A stretch of 45,547 bases of DNA from Minisyncoccota bacterium (GCA_040879435.1 JBBDKG010000020.1:12410-57956); one strand, 5' to 3'; shown: positions 27,651 through 37,672, numbered from the stretch's first letter. Numbers and translations: made by a program. The notes: a model not told the origin generated them from the sequence alone.

Positions 27651-29231
27651 CTATTCAACAAGCGGTGCGATGTCGGTGAGGGCACCACTTGTTTTTGTGA
27701 TCAGAACGGTCGTTCGATTGAGGAATGAATAGACAAGATGCTCTTCTGCCGATTCGTCATACAGCACGCGCATATCGCGGTTCGCATGCACTGTGTCGAC
27801 GAACACAGGTTCGGTCGGTGTGGTGGAGCGCGCCGTCGGACGTACCGTCGCGGTGACCGGCGTGCCGAACAGTTCTTCGAGATCCTCATCGAGTGCCTGT
27901 TCCCACGCGAGCATTCCACCAAGGGCGGTGTCGAAGTTTGGCACCTTGAGTATCACAAACGGTGTTCGTTTGTATGCGCCGAATTCGATGTCGGTCACGG
28001 CACGAAGAAAGGCTCCTGGTGCATTTGGTGCAAGGACAGTGAGTACTTCTCCTGCGGTGGCCTCATCAGTTTGAGTGACCATTGGCAGAACATGCGTAAT
28101 GCCCTGCGCATCACCTCCCGTCATCTCACGTGCAAGCGCGGTCAAGAGTCCGGTACGCGTGGTGCCGAGAGCAACGGGGATCGTTTCGGTCGCGGCGAAT
28201 CCAGGGTCGGTGAATTGCCGTTCGACCGTTGCGACCGGCGCATCTGTTCGTTCACTGGTGAGCCACGACACAATGCCAAAGCCTGCCGCCGCTGCCGCAA
28301 GCGCGACGAAGACAATACCAACATACGCGAGTATGCGACGGAACGAGAAGCGAGGAACGCCCCCGGTTCGTGTCCGCCGTTTTGGCTTCGGTGGAGGGGA
28401 AGACTTTTCCGGTGCAGCAGCTGTCTGCACCGCAGGTTGCGGTTTTGGTTCTGGCGCAGGTTCGGGAACAGGTTCCGGTTTTGGTGGCGGCGGAGCCGGT
28501 CGTGGTTCTGGTTCTGATTTCGGTGGCGGTTCTGTACCGACTTCATGTGTCCATACCGGTTTCGGCACTTCAGACGCAGCACGCACGATCGGCTTTGTTG
28601 ATATCTTCACCCGTGGCACATGCCGGAGACGAGACGCCACTTGCTGGTAGTCGTTCTTCGGTGCGAGCACACCGCCGGTTGCGGCACGTTCGATAACGTC
28701 GCGACGCGTTTCGGCAGGAGCGATTGCATGCTTCGGTTTGTCCTCTTTTTGAAATGCTTCCTTCTTCTTGAACAACCACGCCGTCAGCGCTTCTTTGATG
28801 GCGGGGAAAAGTTTGAACCCGTCCTTGCGGGTATCGGTGACGATCATACCTTCGTCTATTCCTGATGTCACCTGTTCATCAAGCGCGTTCGTGCCTTCCG
28901 GCTGCTCTATACGATGCTTCTTCGACTCGATCGCCTGAAGGTCACGCGTAGCGGCTGGCGTCTCGGTGCGAAACATCTTTTGCGGAGTGGTCGACGCTGG
29001 TGCGGAAGGAGGTGTTGGTGCCGGTTTAGCTGACGTGGGCTTTGCAGTTGGAGGAGGGGTCTGCCGTTCAGGCTGGGGCCGCTTTGTTGGTGCTGGTGCG
29101 TGTGGCACTGCCGGGGCTTTCATCGTGGTCTCCTCGGTCGGCGTGGCCGTGCTCCTTTTGGCACGCGCAAGATCATCACGGTAGGTTCGCAGACGTGGCA
29201 CACGTGACGGTTTGTTCGTTGGGGTCGGCAT
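27651..29231 (-). CDS. Proline-rich single-pass membrane protein
   Basis: RLRTYRDDL N-terminus, Pro/Thr-rich and PEP repeats, one TM, globular C-domain (GMLAWE); start placed at ATG 29231. Confidence 0.75.
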   Translation of the reverse strand: MPTPTNKPSRVPRLRTYRDDLARAKRSTATPTEETTMKAPAVPHAPAPTKRPQPERQTPPPTAKPTSAKPAPTPPSAPASTTPQKMFRTETPAATRDLQAIESKKHRIEQPEGTNALDEQVTSGIDEGMIVTDTRKDGFKLFPAIKEALTAWLFKKKEAFQKEDKPKHAIAPAETRRDVIERAATGGVLAPKNDYQQVASRLRHVPRVKISTKPIVRAASEVPKPVWTHEVGTEPPPKSEPEPRPAPPPPKPEPVPEPAPEPKPQPAVQTAAAPEKSSPPPKPKRRTRTGGVPRFSFRRILAYVGIVFVALAAAAAGFGIVSWLTSERTDAPVATVERQFTDPGFAATETIPVALGTTRTGLLTALAREMTGGDAQGITHVLPMVTQTDEATAGEVLTVLAPNAPGAFLRAVTDIEFGAYKRTPFVILKVPNFDTALGGMLAWEQALDEDLEELFGTPVTATVRPTARSTTPTEPVFVDTVHANRDMRVLYDESAEEHLVYSFLNRTTVLITKTSGALTDIAPLVE

Positions 29232-29289
29232 GCGTGTACATAGTATCGCATGTTGTTTCGGCCGCGCTGCCAGCGCTCTCCACTTTACG

Positions 29290-31419
29290 TCAGTTCTGCG
29301 GCGGTGGCGTGATGCCACGCGACGTCGCCCAGTTCGGGTCGGCTTGCTTGATGGAGAGTCCGATCTTCCCATTCTCCACTTTCGATACAACAACCGGTAC
29401 AACGTCACCCTCGCTGAGCACGCCATCAAGATTCTCAAGTCGGAACGGTGCGATCTCCGAGATATGGATCAGTCCCTCGTTCTGCTCATCGAGACGAGCG
29501 AACGCTCCGAACGGTGCGATACGTGTCACCGTTACCGACAGCTTCTCACCGATCTCGTAGACGCGGGTGAGCACCTCGATCTGTTCGTGTGCCCGCTCGG
29601 CGCTACCGTCCTTGCCGGTGATATAGACGGTGCCATCGTCTTCGATCGAGATCTCTTCAACACCGGAGCTCTCTTTGATCTTGTTGATGGTCTTGCCGCC
29701 ACCACCGATCACAAGTCCGATCTGCGTGGGGTCGATCTGCATGGTGATGATCTTTGGTGCACGTGGCGAAATGTCACTGCGTGGAACGTCGATCGCAGCG
29801 GTGAGTGTGTCGAGTATTGAAAGACGCGCATCGCGTGCACGATCGAGTGCTTCGCTGAGGATCGCGACCGGGATGCCGTTCACCTTCACATCCATCTGGA
29901 TCGCTGTCACACCCTCGGTCGTTCCTGCAACTTTGAAATCCATGTCACCGTGTTCGTCCTCAGGACCCTGGATGTCGGTGAGGATCGCGTATCGATCACC
30001 GTCCATCATGAGTCCGGATGCGATACCGGCGACTGGTCGTGTGATCGGTACACCGCCGTCCATCAAAGCGAGCGATGATGCGCACACAGAACCCATAGAA
30101 CTCGAACCGTTCGATGAGAGCGTTTCTGAAACGAGCCTGATCGTGTATGGAAATTGTTCCTTCGGTGGAATGACCGGAGCAAGTGCCTTCTCGGCAAGTG
30201 CACCGTGACCGATCATGCGACGGTTGAATCCACCCACCTTGCCAGTCTCACCCACTGAGAACGGCGGAAAGTTATAGTGATGCATGAACCGCTTGTGTAC
30301 CGACTGTTCCTCGATGGTGTCGATGAGCTGCGCAGCTTCCGGACCGCCGAGCGTGAGTGCAGTGAAGATATGCGTACCGCCGCGGTAGAAGATACCACTG
30401 CCGTGGAGGATCGGTGAGAGTCCGCCGGCCCGCGCAAAGAGTGGGCGAACCTCGTTCATTCCACGACCGTCCGGGCGCACCCCGTCCTCAAGTATGCCGC
30501 GGTGCAGCTTCGTGTCGAGCGCTTGTTCAAAGAACTCGGCTGCCCGTCCGCGTGAGACGGTCTCGTCAGCCTCATGCGTGGCGTCAATGAATCGTGACTT
30601 TAGATCAAGTACGTGGTCCTTGCCTGCCTGTTTTGAAAAGAGCGTATCATACAATTGTTGCCGGTACTCCTGTTCGTAGAGTGTGGCCAGTGTGTCGCTT
30701 GTCGGTGGTTCCGGTCGCTCGCGTTTCGCCTTGCCAAGCGTACTCACGATCTCACTCTGGAATGCTTCGAGCTGCTGATGGAAGCTAAGACTTGCTTCAA
30801 GGACGCTCACAATGTCCGCCTCTGCAACTTCTGCAGCTGCCACTTCGATCATGTTGATGGTACCTGCCTTTCCGCACGACAGCACCTCGAACGCGAGATT
30901 CCCCTCTTCGCGTTCCGTGTATGTGGGGTTCACAATGAGGGCACCGCTTGTTCGGTCGCGCCCGATGCGAACCGCACCCACCGGTCCGTCCCACGGAATG
31001 TCTGAAACAGACAATGCAAGTGATGCACCGATCACGCCAAGCACGTCCGGATCGTCCGCGCCCATAGCAAGGACCGTCACGACCACCTGGATCTCGCTTC
31101 GGATGGAGTGATCAAACAGCGGTCGAATCGTCCGGTCCACGATTCGTGCCGAAAGGATTGCCTCCTCGCTCGGTCGTCCTTCCCGTCTGATGAATCGGCT
31201 GCCGAGGATGGCACCGGCTGCGTAGAATTTCTCTTCGAACTCGACCGAAAGCGGAAAGTACGGCATGTCACTTTCACGCTGGCTCATGACTGCGGTAACG
31301 AGGATAACCGTTTCACCGTAAGTGAGCAGGACGGAGCCATTCGCCTGCTCGGTGAGGTCCGTGAATTCGGCGGTCAGTGTCTTTCCCGCCAACTCGGTTG
31401 AGAACGTCTTGCTCTGCAT
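29290..31419 (-). CDS. pnp: Polyribonucleotide nucleotidyltransferase (PNPase)
   Basis: RREGRP, FMHHYNFPPFSVGE, SNGSSSMGS, GDMDFKVAGT, KH and S1 domains. Confidence 0.97.
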   Translation of the reverse strand: MQSKTFSTELAGKTLTAEFTDLTEQANGSVLLTYGETVILVTAVMSQRESDMPYFPLSVEFEEKFYAAGAILGSRFIRREGRPSEEAILSARIVDRTIRPLFDHSIRSEIQVVVTVLAMGADDPDVLGVIGASLALSVSDIPWDGPVGAVRIGRDRTSGALIVNPTYTEREEGNLAFEVLSCGKAGTINMIEVAAAEVAEADIVSVLEASLSFHQQLEAFQSEIVSTLGKAKRERPEPPTSDTLATLYEQEYRQQLYDTLFSKQAGKDHVLDLKSRFIDATHEADETVSRGRAAEFFEQALDTKLHRGILEDGVRPDGRGMNEVRPLFARAGGLSPILHGSGIFYRGGTHIFTALTLGGPEAAQLIDTIEEQSVHKRFMHHYNFPPFSVGETGKVGGFNRRMIGHGALAEKALAPVIPPKEQFPYTIRLVSETLSSNGSSSMGSVCASSLALMDGGVPITRPVAGIASGLMMDGDRYAILTDIQGPEDEHGDMDFKVAGTTEGVTAIQMDVKVNGIPVAILSEALDRARDARLSILDTLTAAIDVPRSDISPRAPKIITMQIDPTQIGLVIGGGGKTINKIKESSGVEEISIEDDGTVYITGKDGSAERAHEQIEVLTRVYEIGEKLSVTVTRIAPFGAFARLDEQNEGLIHISEIAPFRLENLDGVLSEGDVVPVVVSKVENGKIGLSIKQADPNWATSRGITPPPQN

Positions 31420-31453
31420 AGGTAGTATCACTAGATGCTAATGAACTGAGCAT

Positions 31454-31483
31454 AGCAAATGGCGCCCTTGGGCGCCATTTGCT
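31454..31483. terminator. Hairpin between the NYN gene and pnp
   Basis: AGCAAATGGCGCCC-TT-GGGCGCCATTTGCT. Confidence 0.55.
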
Positions 31484-31489
31484 GTTCTG

Positions 31490-32077
31490 TTAGATGTTAT
31501 CGGTATCGGTGCCGACCACTTTCTGGTCTTGTTTGCGTGTAGGCGCGCGCCGACGTGACGCGGTACCACCACGATACCCGATAAGGAATGATTTGGGATC
31601 CTTATCAATATCGATGAAGTCATCAACGGACTCACGGAGTTTTGATGAGGACGATCGGCCGAATGAGATCGCTTCCACCTGGCATCCCTGTGCCTTCACA
31701 TACTCAACGAGCGGGATGAAGTCACCATCACCGGTTGCGATCACGATAGCATCGACCTTTTGTGCGAGTTTTATCGCGTCGATGGCCATGCCAACATCCC
31801 AGTCGGCCTTTTTTGCGCCGCCGTAGAATATCTGCAGGTCCTTTGTCTTGATCTCGATGCCGAGCTTCTCAAGTGCTTCAAAGAACGGGGCTTCTTCCCC
31901 GCTCTCCGTGTTGACCACATACGAGAGCGCGCGCACGAGTTTGCGACCGCCGAGTGCGGTCTTTACCACTGCACCGAAGTTTACTTTTGATTTATAAAGG
32001 TTCTTTGCACTGTGATAGAGGTTCTGGGTATCGATAAGAATCGCGACCCGTTGTTCTGGGTGTCGTATAACTGACAT
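31490..32077 (-). CDS. NYN domain protein (LabA/DUF88, PIN-like)
   Basis: IDTQNLY, KADWDVGMAID, TGDGDF motifs; start at ATG 32077. Confidence 0.9.
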   Translation of the reverse strand: MSVIRHPEQRVAILIDTQNLYHSAKNLYKSKVNFGAVVKTALGGRKLVRALSYVVNTESGEEAPFFEALEKLGIEIKTKDLQIFYGGAKKADWDVGMAIDAIKLAQKVDAIVIATGDGDFIPLVEYVKAQGCQVEAISFGRSSSSKLRESVDDFIDIDKDPKSFLIGYRGGTASRRRAPTRKQDQKVVGTDTDNI

Positions 32078-32138
32078 ATAAAGGTTCGAATATATTAAAA
32101 ACTGTCTCCGCAGGACACGCTCTGTTGATTCTAACATG

Positions 32139-32165
32139 CGCGGCCGGCATTTCGTGCCGGCCGCG
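32139..32165 (-). terminator. Hairpin after rpsO
   Basis: CGCGGCCGGCA-CGAAA-TGCCGGCCGCG on the - strand. Confidence 0.55.
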
Positions 32166-32173
32166 ACTAAACA

Positions 32174-32440
32174 TTACCGCTTGAGGTTGAGTTTCTTCAC
32201 AACGGCGCTGTACGCCTTTGGGCTCTTCTTCTCAAGGTATTTGAGGTGCTTTCGGCGGTCCGCCACCATTTGTAGCAAGCCCCGGCGTGAATGAAAGTCC
32301 TTCAGGTTCTTCTTTAGGTGCGTTGAAAGCTCATTAATGCGTCGGGTAAGGATCGCAACCTGTGATTCAGGTGATCCGGTGTCGCTATCATGTCGCTTTA
32401 CATCGCTGATCGCATTCTGTTTCTGTCGCTTCGAGAGCAT
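32174..32440 (-). CDS. rpsO: 30S ribosomal protein S15
   Basis: DTGSPESQVAILT...HLKKNLKDFHSRRGLLQMV; start at ATG 32440. Confidence 0.97.
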   Translation of the reverse strand: MLSKRQKQNAISDVKRHDSDTGSPESQVAILTRRINELSTHLKKNLKDFHSRRGLLQMVADRRKHLKYLEKKSPKAYSAVVKKLNLKR

Positions 32441-32608
32441 ATCGGTAAAAGTGTGTGTTAAGAGTGGTGTGTGTCTACACATCCACCCGAGATAGTAACC
32501 TGCGAAGGTTGCTACCACTTTACCACAGATACAGCCTACTTGCAAGCCCGCACAGAGATACACAAAAAGCGGCCGTGTGGCCGCCTTTTGCAGGTTGTAT
32601 TCTTTGCT

Positions 32609-33340
32609 TTAGATCAGGATCTCAATTTCTGCGTTCGCGCGCAGTGTTTCGACAAGTCCTGCGATAGCCTGCTGCTGCTTCTGGAACCGGACCTGTTCTT
32701 CAATCTGCGTCCGTATCTCTTCAAGCGGCGGCACGTCCTCGTTGTTTGCGGTAAGGTCGGTATAGAATGCGGTCACTTCCTCATCCGATACAGTCACATT
32801 TCCTTCGCTGTTGATACTTGCAAGGAGAAACGAGTTGACAGTGAGCTGTTCACTAAGTTCGGTACGTACTTCAGCGTCAGTGATGTCGAGAGCCTCGAGT
32901 TGCTGGCTGAATGCCTCGGCACCACCTGCGTTCTCGACCACAAGTTCATATTCCGCCTGGATCTCAGTCTCCGAAGCGGAAACCCCTGCGTCACGAGCTG
33001 CCTGTACGAGGAGACGATTGTTGATAAGCGAGTTAAGCACCTGATCGCGGAGCTGTACATCTGTGAGTGTTGCTCCCTGAGCTTGTGCTGCAGTGCGGAG
33101 CTGTGTTGTCGCATTGTTGTATGCCTCGCGCGAGATCTCCTCCCCGTTCACCGTCGCTACTGCGCCGTCGGTGTTCTGGTCTGTTGGTATGCCGGGCAGA
33201 TTTGAGAGCGAATCATTGGTCATGAAGAGATAGCCGGCACCGAGCGCAAGCAAAAGAACGATCGCGATCGTCGCATACAGCATAAATTTGTTCTTTCCGC
33301 CCGCTGGTGCCTGCTGGGTCGGGTTTGTTTGTTCGTCCAT
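32609..33340 (-). CDS. SurA N-terminal domain chaperone-like protein
   Basis: N-terminal TM, AVATVNGEEIS, LINNRLLVQAA, LRANAEIEI. Confidence 0.85.
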   Translation of the reverse strand: MDEQTNPTQQAPAGGKNKFMLYATIAIVLLLALGAGYLFMTNDSLSNLPGIPTDQNTDGAVATVNGEEISREAYNNATTQLRTAAQAQGATLTDVQLRDQVLNSLINNRLLVQAARDAGVSASETEIQAEYELVVENAGGAEAFSQQLEALDITDAEVRTELSEQLTVNSFLLASINSEGNVTVSDEEVTAFYTDLTANNEDVPPLEEIRTQIEEQVRFQKQQQAIAGLVETLRANAEIEILI

Positions 33341-33452
33341 AAGTAGATTATTGGGTCCTAAAGAATACTAACGATAATGCAAGTCAAAAATGCTCCTGTG
33401 CACTTTCACTCCACTCTATCACATACGGGGAAATGCCCACAACCGTGGTCCC

Positions 33453-33499
33453 AACACACAACGCCGCCAGGGCAAAACCCCCGGGCGGCGTTGTGTGTT
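33453..33499 (-). terminator. Hairpin/terminator after the cold-shock gene
   Basis: AACACACAACGCCGCC...GGCGGCGTTGTGTGTT. Confidence 0.65.
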
Positions 33500-33507
33500 T
33501 CAGCAGC

Positions 33508-33705
33508 TTACGCGCGATGTACATCCACTGCAGCAGGACCTTTTGGACCCTCCTCAAGTGTGAACGTGACCGCGTCGCCTTCGCGTAGGTCGTCGTACAT
33601 GACGTCGACGAGCGAGCGAGCGTGAAAGAATACGTCCTTGTCACCTTCTGCCGGCTTGATGAAACCAAACCCGCGGTCGGTAAGACGTGCAATTGTTCCT
33701 TGCAT
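33508..33705 (-). CDS. Cold-shock domain protein
   Basis: RGFGFI (RNP1), DVFFH (RNP2), GPKGPAA. Confidence 0.95.
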   Translation of the reverse strand: MQGTIARLTDRGFGFIKPAEGDKDVFFHARSLVDVMYDDLREGDAVTFTLEEGPKGPAAVDVHRA

Positions 33706-33831
33706 CTTGTTTATTTATTTTCTAACCACAAAACCTTCTACACCTGATCGACTACTTTTTGGAAGTCTCCTCAAGGAGAACCGCTTTGTTGCCGGCAATT
33801 AAAGCAGATTCACAAAAAAATACAAGAGTGC

Positions 33832-34224
33832 CTAGGCGGATTCGTGACCGTAATGCTCATCGTCAGCATCGGCTTCAGTCTTGGTTTCGTGGATGGTCCC
33901 AGGCTCGTGATTTGGCGGAGCGTAGAGCGTATAGAGTTTCAGGGCATCGGTCGCCGACGTGTTGATAATGTTGTGTCGGACACCTTGTGGCACGATCACC
34001 ACTGATCCATCGCCTATCGTCGACTCTGCGCCGTCGAGTATCGCCGTCCCCTCACCTTCCTCGACACGAATAAACTGGTCGAGTTGGTGTGTTTCCGCCC
34101 CTATCTCTTCGCCGGGCTTGAGTGTCATTAGCACAAGTTGCAGGCGTTCATCGGTATAGAGCACTTTCCGGTAGTATTCGTTTGCGCGCGTTAGCATCTC
34201 GATGTTTTCAATGTATCCTTTCAT
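33832..34224 (-). CDS. Cupin domain protein
   Basis: QLVLMTLKPGEEIGAETH...DQFIRVEEG...HNIIN...LKLYTLYAPPNH. Confidence 0.9.
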   Translation of the reverse strand: MKGYIENIEMLTRANEYYRKVLYTDERLQLVLMTLKPGEEIGAETHQLDQFIRVEEGEGTAILDGAESTIGDGSVVIVPQGVRHNIINTSATDALKLYTLYAPPNHEPGTIHETKTEADADDEHYGHESA

Positions 34225-34227
34225 ACT

Positions 34228-34620
34228 CTAAAGCGTATCATATGAACGGGACCACTCAGTGAATTCGATACGGTACGCCTCAATTGCAAGTACAAGCGAC
34301 ATGCACAGGATAGGTACATCGCGGAAGAGCACGTCCATCTGCTTCAGATTGGTGACAATGATCGCCGTAAGCACAAGTGAGGCGATGGCGCTCGGGAAAA
34401 AGATGCGGCGTCCTGATATGATCCATACCGCAAGGACAAGTTCGAGCACGCCGAATGCGTGCAGTAGCAGGAGGTCGTGTGTACCGACGAGGTCATGTAT
34501 CACACGCGGGAAATACCCGATCCACACGTAGGGATCGAACCATGCAGATATTGCCGGATACATGAATGCGAACGCAACACCGAACCGGAGGAGGGGTTGT
34601 GTGAATGAGAATCGTTCCAT
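34228..34620 (-). CDS. DoxX-like membrane protein
   Basis: LLRFGVA...E...FRD pattern with 4 TM segments. Confidence 0.7.
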   Translation of the reverse strand: MERFSFTQPLLRFGVAFAFMYPAISAWFDPYVWIGYFPRVIHDLVGTHDLLLLHAFGVLELVLAVWIISGRRIFFPSAIASLVLTAIIVTNLKQMDVLFRDVPILCMSLVLAIEAYRIEFTEWSRSYDTL

Positions 34621-34705
34621 TACGGTGTAACTGTAGCACGAGGGCAGCGCCTGTTGTGCAGGCGGCGGGGTTCACCAATGAGAGTGACTGCGTAGAATTA
34701 TAGAT

Positions 34706-35926
34706 ATGCCGGCACTTCACGACCGTGTTGAGACGCTCATGCGCAATAATCGCCGCGAGACAGATGGTTTCACCTATACACTCCCCTCACCTGAGCTCTA
34801 CCCGTTCCAGTGGCTCTGGGATTCGTGCTTCCACGCGATCATTCTCTCGCACTTTGACCTTCCCGGCGCAAAGAATGAACTTCGTGCCGCATTCTCGCAC
34901 ACACTCCCGGACGGACTTCTTCCCCACATCATCTACTGGGACCAGGATGTCGCGGTTACCAACTGGGGACGTGAGATGCGCGGGGATGTCATCAACAGTG
35001 CATGGGGAGTGACAGGTACGAGCGCGATCACCCAACCGCCCATCATGGCGTATGCGGTACAGCGCATATACGAACAAGATGCTGACACAACGTTCGTTAG
35101 AGAGGTGTACCCGATTCTGAAAGCCCACTACGAATGTCTTCTGAACGACCGGACACTCGAGGACCGAACACTCACTTTCATTGTCAATCCTGACGAATCC
35201 GGTGAGGATAATTCCCCACGTTTCGACAACGGGCAGGGACTCCCGCCTCGCCACACAGCCAACGAGAGTCTCGACCGTAGGCTCGACCGCATCCGCGAGC
35301 ATGCTGTGTGCAGGTTCAAGGCACGAGAGTGTATGTCGCGCAACTTTGCGATCGCTGACGTACCGTTCAATATCATCTTATATGAGTCGCTTGACTGTAT
35401 GGCTGCGTTCGCCACGCTCTTGCAGCTTCCAAACGACGCCTTGTATTTTACCGACGCGGCGCGTAGCGTACGCGACACCACCAAGTCACTCCTCTGTCGC
35501 GACGGGCTCTGCTACTCGTACGATCTCAATGCGGAGACCTATATAGAAACAGCAACATGGGCACTTTTCATGCCGCTCTATGGCGGATTGCTATCTGAAA
35601 GAGAAGCGGAAGAGCTGATCCGGACGTGGTTGTTGAACACCGAACGTTTCTGGACGGTCTTCCCAGTGCCGTCAACGTCAGTGCATGAAGCATCGTTCGA
35701 TCCGAATGACGGGTTCTGGCGCGGGCCGGTCTGGATGGCGCCGAACTGGTTCATCTATAAAGGACTGCAGCGGTACGGGTTCGATGATGTTGCGGCAGAT
35801 ATCAAGGCGCGAACCGAGGAACTGCTCGCCTGCTCCGGCTTTCGCGAGCAATACAACCCGCACACCGGTGCCGGCATCGGTGCCACCAATTTCACATGGG
35901 GCGGACTCGTGATCGATATGGTATAG
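34706..35926 (+). CDS. (alpha/alpha)6 glycoside hydrolase (GH63/trehalase-like)
   Basis: YPFQWLWDS, TQPP, ESGEDNSPRFD, FWRGPVW, FREQYNP, FTW motifs. Confidence 0.88.
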   Translation: MPALHDRVETLMRNNRRETDGFTYTLPSPELYPFQWLWDSCFHAIILSHFDLPGAKNELRAAFSHTLPDGLLPHIIYWDQDVAVTNWGREMRGDVINSAWGVTGTSAITQPPIMAYAVQRIYEQDADTTFVREVYPILKAHYECLLNDRTLEDRTLTFIVNPDESGEDNSPRFDNGQGLPPRHTANESLDRRLDRIREHAVCRFKARECMSRNFAIADVPFNIILYESLDCMAAFATLLQLPNDALYFTDAARSVRDTTKSLLCRDGLCYSYDLNAETYIETATWALFMPLYGGLLSEREAEELIRTWLLNTERFWTVFPVPSTSVHEASFDPNDGFWRGPVWMAPNWFIYKGLQRYGFDDVAADIKARTEELLACSGFREQYNPHTGAGIGATNFTWGGLVIDMV

Positions 35927-35930
35927 CGGG

Positions 35931-37415
35931 TCACTTCACCTTTTTCTCGAGGTCGAGTGTGTGATCAATACGGATCTGCGCAACGAATTCAGGTACGTGT
36001 GACACGAGGATCATCGTACCGGCGTAGCGGTTGAGCGCGTCAGCGACCACAGGGATGTGTCTAAAGTTGATGTGGTTTGTGGGTTCGTCGAGGATAAGGA
36101 GGCTGGGTTCCAGAAGAACAAGTCGTGCGAACGCAACGAGCCCTTTCTGTCCTTCCGAGAGCAGCCCGATCCGTGTCTTGATGACGTCCTGCGTGATCAA
36201 GAAACCAGCAGCGACCGAGCGCATGTCCTCCTCGACCTTCTTTTTCATAACCGACATAAGGCACTCGAAGACCGTCTGGTCGAAGTCGAGGTTTGAGAAG
36301 TCCTGACGGTAGTAGCCGATCACAACACCTGGGGCTACCTGCTCCCCCGGGGCCTCTCCAGAGGCAAGTGACTCAAGAAGTGTTGACTTGCCGATGCCGT
36401 TCGGACCGACGATCTGGAGATGCTCACCACGTTTGAGGGTGAGGTCGCAGGAGACCTCCTTAGCTTTATGGTCACGGATCACCTTGTATGAGGACAGTTT
36501 CAGTACCTCAAGCGGCGTGCCGGATGCAACGGGAATGGTGAACGGACGGATCGTGCGGTCCTCCTTTCGTACGTCGACCTTGTTCTCCTCATGTTCATCG
36601 ACCTTCTCACGCATGCGTTTGGCAACCAGTCGCATGCCGCCACCTTTGTTCGCGAAGTAGTTTGCCTTCTCTTTATTCTCCCGGATCTCCTTTTCAAGTC
36701 GGGCGTTCTGTCGACGCTCTTTTTCAACACGCAGTGCGATCTCCTCAACCACGTCGTGGTAGTTACCGTCGTACTGTTCGATCGTGCGGGTCTGTGTATT
36801 GAGGTAGAGGACACCGTGAGTGAAGGCATTGAGGAAGTCGGCATCGTGGGAGATCACGACCACGGTTTTGCGATACTGCCGAAGGAATTCGGTGAGATGC
36901 TCGATCCCTGCGCGATCGAGGTTGTTGGTCGGCTCGTCCAAGAGTAATACATCGGGTTCCTGAATGAGGGCGGACGCAAGGAGAAGTCGCGCCTGCTGGC
37001 CGCCTGAGAAGCTACCGACGATCCGGTCTTTGAATGTTTCTTTGACCGCAGGATCACTTGGAGCGAGGTTCACAACTTCAAGGATGGCATCGATCTTCGG
37101 GTCGATATCGTACACCTTCTCAGTGAAGCACTGTTCGAAGAACGCACGGACGGTGAGTTTCAACTCGTCACGCGAGATGACCTGTCGGGATACCGCAATC
37201 GTGGTGCGGGGCATGATATTGATGTCCCCGTCGTCTGGCGTGAGTGCACCTGTGATGAGCGCGAAGAGTGTGCTCTTCCCGGCTCCGTTCTGACCCATGA
37301 GGGTCAGTTTGGCGCCACGTCGGATAGTGAAATCAGCGCCGATGAGGATCGGTTTAGTCGGGTCGTGCTCGTACGACACGCTATTGAATGTGATAAGTCC
37401 TGCACTTCGTGACAT
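35931..37415 (-). CDS. ABC-F family ATPase
   Basis: Two ABC cassettes (GQNGAGKS/SGGQ/LLDEPTN and GPNGIGKS/LSEGQ/ILDEPTN), no TM; start at ATG 37415. Confidence 0.92.
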   Translation of the reverse strand: MSRSAGLITFNSVSYEHDPTKPILIGADFTIRRGAKLTLMGQNGAGKSTLFALITGALTPDDGDINIMPRTTIAVSRQVISRDELKLTVRAFFEQCFTEKVYDIDPKIDAILEVVNLAPSDPAVKETFKDRIVGSFSGGQQARLLLASALIQEPDVLLLDEPTNNLDRAGIEHLTEFLRQYRKTVVVISHDADFLNAFTHGVLYLNTQTRTIEQYDGNYHDVVEEIALRVEKERRQNARLEKEIRENKEKANYFANKGGGMRLVAKRMREKVDEHEENKVDVRKEDRTIRPFTIPVASGTPLEVLKLSSYKVIRDHKAKEVSCDLTLKRGEHLQIVGPNGIGKSTLLESLASGEAPGEQVAPGVVIGYYRQDFSNLDFDQTVFECLMSVMKKKVEEDMRSVAAGFLITQDVIKTRIGLLSEGQKGLVAFARLVLLEPSLLILDEPTNHINFRHIPVVADALNRYAGTMILVSHVPEFVAQIRIDHTLDLEKKVK

Positions 37416-37457
37416 GGCGTCCCAGCCTACACTACCTGTCCACACGTTTCAACGAAC

Positions 37458-37491
37458 GAAAACACGCGGGTGTATGTGCCCGCGTGTTTTC
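37458..37491. terminator. Intrinsic terminator
   Basis: GAAAACACGCGGG-TGTATGTG-CCCGCGTGTTTTC. Confidence 0.75.
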
Positions 37492-37498
37492 CGTAACG

Positions 37499-37567
37499 TT
37501 ACTTCTTCAACGTCTTGTCCTTCTTCGGCTTCTTCTTCTCCTTCTTTCGGTCCATTCCTTTGGCCAT
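37499..37567 (-). CDS. Lys-rich micropeptide (22 aa, not in ORF track)
   Basis: Hand translation MAKGMDRKKEKKKPKKDKTLKK; immediately followed by a terminator. Confidence 0.6.
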   Translation of the reverse strand: MAKGMDRKKEKKKPKKDKTLKK

Positions 37568-37672
37568 ACTCACTACACTGTTACTGATGATAATGATCCT
37601 TGTTCGTATTTAAATTTTCATCGGTCGCGTGTTACCTGTACTAACAGTACTAGTATAGCAACAAGATGAGGT

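Noticed and set aside
28380-28560. Short tandem GGTTC-type repeats
   Set aside because: Explained by Pro/Glu/Lys codon repeats in the proline-rich protein.
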